64,000 nucleotides of DNA, from the NCBI GenBank assembly GCA_000092065.1, contig CP000586.1; one strand, written 5' to 3'. This DNA comes from Ostreococcus lucimarinus (Eukaryota). Below the pieces are notes generated by a model. It searched no databases. It was not told the DNA's origin and saw only the letters and a program-made list of their open reading frames with translations. The position numbers and the translations under genes are program-made. Positions 59,354 to 64,000 of the stretch are shown here, piece by piece (positions within the stretch are counted from its first letter, which is position 1; each line of letters opens with the position of its first letter).

Positions 59354-60748
59354 TTACTCCGGAAGCGCCGTGCCTCGTTCCAGATTCGCCTTGATTTCCT
59401 TCGAGTATTTGTCGTAACTCTTCGCGAGCATTTTGTTGAACCGGTCGTTTCTGACGTTGATACCGTCGACGTCCTTTGCGGCGTGAGTCTTTTTTTCATG
59501 CGCCTCGGTTCTCTTGCGTTGCGCTGCGGAGATGCCTTGGGCTAAACGATCAATCGCATCTTGTGACGGCTTGTTCGTGTTGTGGTAAATGCTATCCGCA
59601 CCGCGATAAAAGTCCGGCACGCGCGCTTTTTGCGCTTCGTAATCACTCATATCGATTACCGCGTTGGCTCGCTCTCGTTCGTAGTTGGCGTATTGGCGCT
59701 CGGCGCTAAACTGTCCGGCGTCGCTGGGATCATACGTCTGCTTCTTTTTCCCTTTCTTACGACTCGCCTGTTCCATCGTCGCAGTGAGATGAATGGCGTT
59801 CGGATCGATACCTTGCTTCACTAGTGAGTCCGTGCGAGACTTATTCGAAGCTTCTCGAATCTTCCGCTTCTGTGCGTTGGCGTATTCGTCCGGCGCGTCG
59901 ACGCGCTTCTTCTCCTCCACCACCGCCGCCTGATTTTTCTTTCGTCCTTCGTTCAGCTTGAGCCGCAACTCGAAAAGCTTGCGCTGCTTCGCAGACATTC
60001 CAGCCGTAGGATCGACTGCGTCCGCACCTAAATGTTCCTCCACTACACCACCCGTCGCCGCGGCGCGCGCGGCCAAGGCTTCGGCCTCTGCCGCCGACTC
60101 CTTCAGGCGCCGCGCGGAAGCCGCGTCGGGGTTCTCTGCGCCCACCATTCGCGCTTCTTTATCCGCCAACCGCCTCTCAGCCGCTGCTTTAGCTAAGATT
60201 TCTTTACCAGCCTCCGTGAGTTCCTCTTCCTCGATCAGTTCCGCCGCGATCTCCCCGCACTCGACGATTTTCACCGTCTCCCTCGTCTTGCCCGACTTGG
60301 ACCCGCACGCCTCCACTCGTCGCACGACGTCCATCCCATCCACCACCGATCCGAACACGACGTGTTTCCCATCTAACCAAGGCGTGTCTCCGGTGCATAT
60401 AAAGAACTGCGATCCATTCGTGTGCGGTCCGGCGTTCGCCATGGACAACGTCCCCGCCCCCGCGTGCTTGAGCGTGAAATTCTCATCCCGAAATTTCGGC
60501 CCGTACACCGATTCCCCTCCCGTGCCGTCGTGATTCGTGAAGTCCCCGCCCTGAATCATAAAGTTCGGTATCACTCTGTGGAACGTGCTGTCGGCGTACG
60601 ACAGCCTGTGTCCGCGCTCGTTCGCGCAGAGCTGTCGGAAATTCTCACAGGTTTTCGGCACGACGTCGCTTCGGAGCTCAATCGTGATCCTCCCGACGCG
60701 TTCGCGACCGATCGCGACGTCGAAAAAGACGCGCGGCAGCGGCGACAT
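59354..60748 (-). CDS. cyclophilin-type peptidyl-prolyl isomerase fused in frame to full-length splicing factor SYF2
   Basis: N-terminal CypA-like PPIase ([71 protein letters not shown]). A linker follows. The C-terminal part is colinear with SYF2 ([92 protein letters not shown]). There is no stop codon between the two parts. The ORF-track start is a GTG; the first ATG is at 60748. Confidence 0.75.
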   Translation of the reverse strand: MSPLPRVFFDVAIGRERVGRITIELRSDVVPKTCENFRQLCANERGHRLSYADSTFHRVIPNFMIQGGDFTNHDGTGGESVYGPKFRDENFTLKHAGAGTLSMANAGPHTNGSQFFICTGDTPWLDGKHVVFGSVVDGMDVVRRVEACGSKSGKTRETVKIVECGEIAAELIEEEELTEAGKEILAKAAAERRLADKEARMVGAENPDAASARRLKESAAEAEALAARAAATGGVVEEHLGADAVDPTAGMSAKQRKLFELRLKLNEGRKKNQAAVVEEKKRVDAPDEYANAQKRKIREASNKSRTDSLVKQGIDPNAIHLTATMEQASRKKGKKKQTYDPSDAGQFSAERQYANYERERANAVIDMSDYEAQKARVPDFYRGADSIYHNTNKPSQDAIDRLAQGISAAQRKRTEAHEKKTHAAKDVDGINVRNDRFNKMLAKSYDKYSKEIKANLERGTALPE

Positions 60749-60885
60749 CGCGTTCGCTTCGGCGCTCGGCGCGACTGAACCTCGCGCGCGCGTCGCTTTG
60801 ACGCGCGTTCGGTGCGCGGCGACCGCCGCCACGAGTGACACGCCATAACGCGCCGCACCGCGCGCGCCGCGCGTCGTTCGTCGCC

Positions 60886-61488
60886 ATGGGTAAAAATCGC
60901 TTGAAAACCAAGCAATTCGCCGCGGTGAAGCGGATGATTAACCCGAAAGACATCGCCAAGCAGCGCAAAGGCGCGGACAAGTCGGGCGAATCGAACAAGC
61001 GGAAAAACAGAGACGAAATCAAACTCAAACGCGTCGAAACGCAGTCGAGCGCGCTGTTCGGGAAGTACAACGCGCTGCTGAAGCCGCCGTATAACGTCAT
61101 CGTCGATACGAACTTCATAAACTTCAGCATCAAGAATAAGATCGATCTGATGAAAGGGATGATGGATTGCCTGTACGCGGAGTGCGTGCCGCACATCACG
61201 GATTGCGTCATGGCGGAGCTGGAAAAGCTTGGACAAAAGTATCGCGTCGCGCTGCGAATCGCGAAAGATCCAAGATTCGAACGGTTGCCGTGCTCGCACA
61301 AGGGAACGTACGCGGATGATTGCATATGCGAGAGGGTGCGACAACATCGATGTTACATCGTGGCGACGTGCGACACGGATTTAAAGCGACGCATTCGGAA
61401 AATTCCAGGGGTGCCGATCATGTTCATGGGGAATCATAAGTACACCATCGAGCGATTGCCGGACGCGGGTGGGATCGGGAACTCGTGA
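60886..61488 (+). CDS. FCF1: rRNA-processing protein FCF1 (PIN domain)
   Basis: Highly similar to human FCF1 ([89 protein letters not shown]). Confidence 0.9.
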   Translation: MGKNRLKTKQFAAVKRMINPKDIAKQRKGADKSGESNKRKNRDEIKLKRVETQSSALFGKYNALLKPPYNVIVDTNFINFSIKNKIDLMKGMMDCLYAECVPHITDCVMAELEKLGQKYRVALRIAKDPRFERLPCSHKGTYADDCICERVRQHRCYIVATCDTDLKRRIRKIPGVPIMFMGNHKYTIERLPDAGGIGNS

Positions 61489-61583
61489 GCGAGTTGGACG
61501 TCGTTTCGAGTAGCTTAGCTTTTGTACATCATCGTGTGATAACATCGTCGAGCGGGCGGTTGGCGCGCGCCACTGCGAGCCGC

Positions 61584-62480
61584 ATGTTCCGAGACGACGA
61601 CGACGACGGCGAACGCGCGCGCGAGGCCGCCGTCATGCGCCAGCGCGCGTATCTCGCCGAGCTCGACGCGCAGTTGGCACATAAGCGCGAGTTGGCGCGA
61701 CGAGACGCCGTCTTCGGCGACGCCGCGCCACACATCCATCGCTCGCACGAATTTCAATATCGCGCGGCGTCGGCGTCGTTATATTCGGACGACGGCGAGA
61801 ACAGACGATGGGAGAAGACGAGGGAATTGGCGTCGTCGCGAAGCGTGGCGCCGCGCGGGATGGTTCGCGAGAACGACGACGACGGTGGCGCTGAGGCGGC
61901 GGAGCGAGAGTGCCGACGAGAGAAGGCGCAGCTGCGAGAGGCGTTGGAGCGGCAAATCGAAGCGAAGCGACTTGAGCGCGAGCGCGAGCGCGCAGCGCGG
62001 GCTCGAGCGGAGGAAGAGGAAGAACGCCGTTTGCGCGAAGAGCAAGCCGAGTTGACTCGACGGTTTGAACGACGTCGGCGGTTCGGTTTGGCGGATGGTT
62101 TAGCGGATGATTTGCACGACGCGTCGTTGAGCGCGAGCGAGGGTGGTTCTGGCGCATCCGGCGCGACAAACGTCATGAATGCGGCTTCGAATGGTGATGC
62201 GTTCGAGTTTATCAAAGTAGAGTCGACGTTCGTGGAGTTGTCGCGAGACGACGAAGAATCCGACGCCGACGAAAAATCAAAGCCGCCGGAGGTCATTCAC
62301 TCGCCGCCGCCGCGGCAGCTCACGGTGGTGGAAACAGTGATGACGGAACCGGCGAAACCGTCTCCGGCGAACAAGACAGAAGACGAAAGTGATGACGACG
62401 AACCATTACTGCGCCAAGGATCTGTGAAAGCCATGGCGAAAATGTGGGATACGCCGGTGAAGTCAAAACGAGCTCCGTAG
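61584..62480 (+). CDS. hypothetical acidic coiled-coil protein
   Basis: ORF with E/R-rich coiled-coil (EKAQLREALERQIEAKRLERERERAARARAEEEEERRLREEQAELTRRFERRRR) and an acidic tail. The first ATG is at 61584; the ORF-track start is a GTG. Confidence 0.35.
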   Translation: MFRDDDDDGERAREAAVMRQRAYLAELDAQLAHKRELARRDAVFGDAAPHIHRSHEFQYRAASASLYSDDGENRRWEKTRELASSRSVAPRGMVRENDDDGGAEAAERECRREKAQLREALERQIEAKRLERERERAARARAEEEEERRLREEQAELTRRFERRRRFGLADGLADDLHDASLSASEGGSGASGATNVMNAASNGDAFEFIKVESTFVELSRDDEESDADEKSKPPEVIHSPPPRQLTVVETVMTEPAKPSPANKTEDESDDDEPLLRQGSVKAMAKMWDTPVKSKRAP

Positions 62481-62602
62481 CATAGAATTAGCGATCAAAC
62501 GAACGACTCACTACTGACTAGCATGTGTAAATTACAACGACCGAACTGGAAACGAAGCTATCGCGAGCGTGACATCGAGTCCGGCGCGACTTCATGACGC
62601 TC

Positions 62603-63826
62603 TCAATTCTCTCGCTCGCAAGTGCAATGCGGGCAGTTGTGCAGCTTTTCGTGAATGTAGCAATCGCAAGCGAAGCAAAACACGTTAGAACACTGCTCAC
62701 ACTTGGATGCTGGATCTGTTTGCTTGATAAGCGCGAGGCATGCTTTACACTCCAACACCTCCTTCGCTGAAGCCTCGTCGCGCGTGTACTCCTTGAACGG
62801 GGCGACGGGAAACAGGTGATGGTACGATCGCGCGAGATGTGGTGACGACACGAGCGTCAAACGACACACCGCACACTGCGAAGGAAGTTCATCGATTCTC
62901 CCAGAGCACCTAGGACACACGTATTCACCCCCCGTTCCGACCACGAGCGCGTCCTTACTCAAGTGCTTCTTTTGCGGAAATCCCATTTGTACCAAGCTCG
63001 ACTTCGTCGCGTCTTCGGGGAGCGGCGGCGGCGGTGCGTGCGCCATGATTAAATCATCCAAATGGTCGGCGTTTAAGCTCACCCCGTACGTTCCTCCAGT
63101 CTCCTCTGTCAGCCGTCGACTGACGTGAAGCTCCGCCGCCACGGCGACGACGCTCACGCGCACCTTGGCCGCCTTCGTCGCCGCGATCTCTGTCCACACA
63201 TTTCCAGGATCACACGTCGACAACGAACTCACGATATAGAGCACCTCACGACTTCCGTACGACGGAATCGATTTCAACGACGTCCTCGCGACGTTTAGCG
63301 TATTTTGCAAACTAAAATCCCCGCTCGCGTCCAGCGCGTTTCTCAGCGCCGCCGCGTGCGCCTCCGGACTCCCGCTCAGCTCCGTCAACCGTTCGGCCAC
63401 CCCATTCCTCGCGACGATGATCCCCAACTGCGATAGCGGATTCTGATTGAAATATTCCCGTATGAACGACGTCGCGCACTGTCCGACCACGCTCAACCGG
63501 TTCGGTCGAAAGTCTTCCTCGTTCGCCGCCCGCGACAGATCGACCACCACGTACGTGAACCGAATCATTCCCTTCGCCGCTCCCGCGCTCGTCGCGAGCG
63601 CCGCCATCTTCGCGCGCCGTTCGCGCGCCTTGGCCGTCTGCGCCTCGCTCGTGACGCGCAGGCGTCCCGTCACCGGGTCTTCCTCCAAGTCTTCCCACGC
63701 CCGTTCGCTCTGGTACTTCTTCTCCCACGCGCGCAGCGCGCGCTGGGCGTCCTCCGCGTCGACGTCGTCGTCGTCATCGTCTCCGTTCGCGCCCTCGGCG
63801 CCGTACGCGGCTTCAACCGACGTCAT
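62603..63826 (-). CDS. GTF2H2: general transcription factor IIH subunit p44 (SSL1/GTF2H2)
   Basis: vWA-like domain (FTYVVVDLSRAANEEDFRPNRLSVVGQ..FIREYFNQNPLSQLGIIV..LSGSP). C-terminal C4 and RING-like zinc fingers (YVCPRCSGRIDELPSQCAVCRLTLVSSPHLARSYHHLFPV..CFACDCYIHEKLHNCPHC). Colinear with human p44. Confidence 0.85.
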   Translation of the reverse strand: MTSVEAAYGAEGANGDDDDDDVDAEDAQRALRAWEKKYQSERAWEDLEEDPVTGRLRVTSEAQTAKARERRAKMAALATSAGAAKGMIRFTYVVVDLSRAANEEDFRPNRLSVVGQCATSFIREYFNQNPLSQLGIIVARNGVAERLTELSGSPEAHAAALRNALDASGDFSLQNTLNVARTSLKSIPSYGSREVLYIVSSLSTCDPGNVWTEIAATKAAKVRVSVVAVAAELHVSRRLTEETGGTYGVSLNADHLDDLIMAHAPPPPLPEDATKSSLVQMGFPQKKHLSKDALVVGTGGEYVCPRCSGRIDELPSQCAVCRLTLVSSPHLARSYHHLFPVAPFKEYTRDEASAKEVLECKACLALIKQTDPASKCEQCSNVFCFACDCYIHEKLHNCPHCTCEREN

Positions 63827-64000
63827 CGCGCGCGTCTATGCGGCAGACGGCGACGGCGAGAGCGAAACAATCGGCGAATGACGGGCGCGCAGTCCGCGTC
63901 GAACGCGTTCAAGGTGCGCGCGATCGCGCGATGCGTCGCGACGCGCGGGCGTCGCGCGCGCGCGCGCGCTCGACGCGCGCGCTCGACGCGCGACGCGGCT

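Noticed and set aside
1-64000. Prokaryotic interpretation (operons, Shine-Dalgarno sites, CRISPR, mobile elements)
   Set aside because: The gene content is eukaryotic nuclear (spliceosome, TFIIH, TOR, cytosolic r-protein, Cav channel). Spliceosomal introns with GT-AG boundaries are present. No CRISPR-like repeat arrays, IS/transposon ends, tRNAs or rRNAs were seen.

Overview
This 64-kb window is a very GC-rich (~65-68%), gene-dense stretch of eukaryotic nuclear DNA, not a prokaryotic one. It carries spliceosome, TFIIH, TOR-complex, cytosolic ribosomal-protein and chloroplast-targeted genes, and at least two genes contain canonical GT..AG introns. I call about 41 protein-coding genes (~1.5 kb each) on both strands. 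Intergenic spacers are extremely short (often 50-250 bp), and several gene pairs sit head-to-head or tail-to-tail. This organisation, the high GC and a flagellar coiled-coil gene point to a Mamiellophyceae (Micromonas-like) green picoalga; I cannot confirm this without a database search.

Genes recognised from the translated ORFs:
- Translation and RNA processing: TrpRS, organellar ribosomal protein S17 (uS17), HflX GTPase, cytosolic RPS23 (spliced), a REXO1-type exonuclease, DDX6/Dhh1, SF3B3, a ZCCHC17/pNO40-like S1 protein, FCF1 and TFIIH p44.
- Metabolism: ribulose-phosphate 3-epimerase, D-glycerate 3-kinase, a fructosamine-3-kinase family protein, GAPN and 5-oxoprolinase.
- Signalling and proteostasis: a KAPP-like FHA-PP2C phosphatase (5'-partial), an RNF8/CHFR-like FHA-RING ligase, LST8, DNAJC2/zuotin, a UBC6-type E2 and a PITH-domain protein.
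- Others: Hikeshi (spliced), a DCC thiol-disulfide oxidoreductase, an SLC35F transporter, two Canopy/DUF3456 proteins, a double-domain GT77-type glycosyltransferase, a four-domain EEEE voltage-gated Ca2+ channel, RMD1/DUF155, a DUF89 protein, an S4-domain protein and several hypotheticals.

Most worth a second look:
- a cyclophilin-SYF2 fusion ORF;
- an MsrA-fold protein lacking the catalytic cysteine;
- RPS23 with a 5-nt first exon;
- overlapping or near-overlapping divergent start codons;
- a 1830-aa Cav-like channel;
- a GT77 glycosyltransferase with an extensin-like proline stem.

No tRNA, rRNA, transposon or CRISPR was recognised. Some coordinates read off the numbered lines may be off by 1 nt; ORF-track coordinates were used wherever possible.
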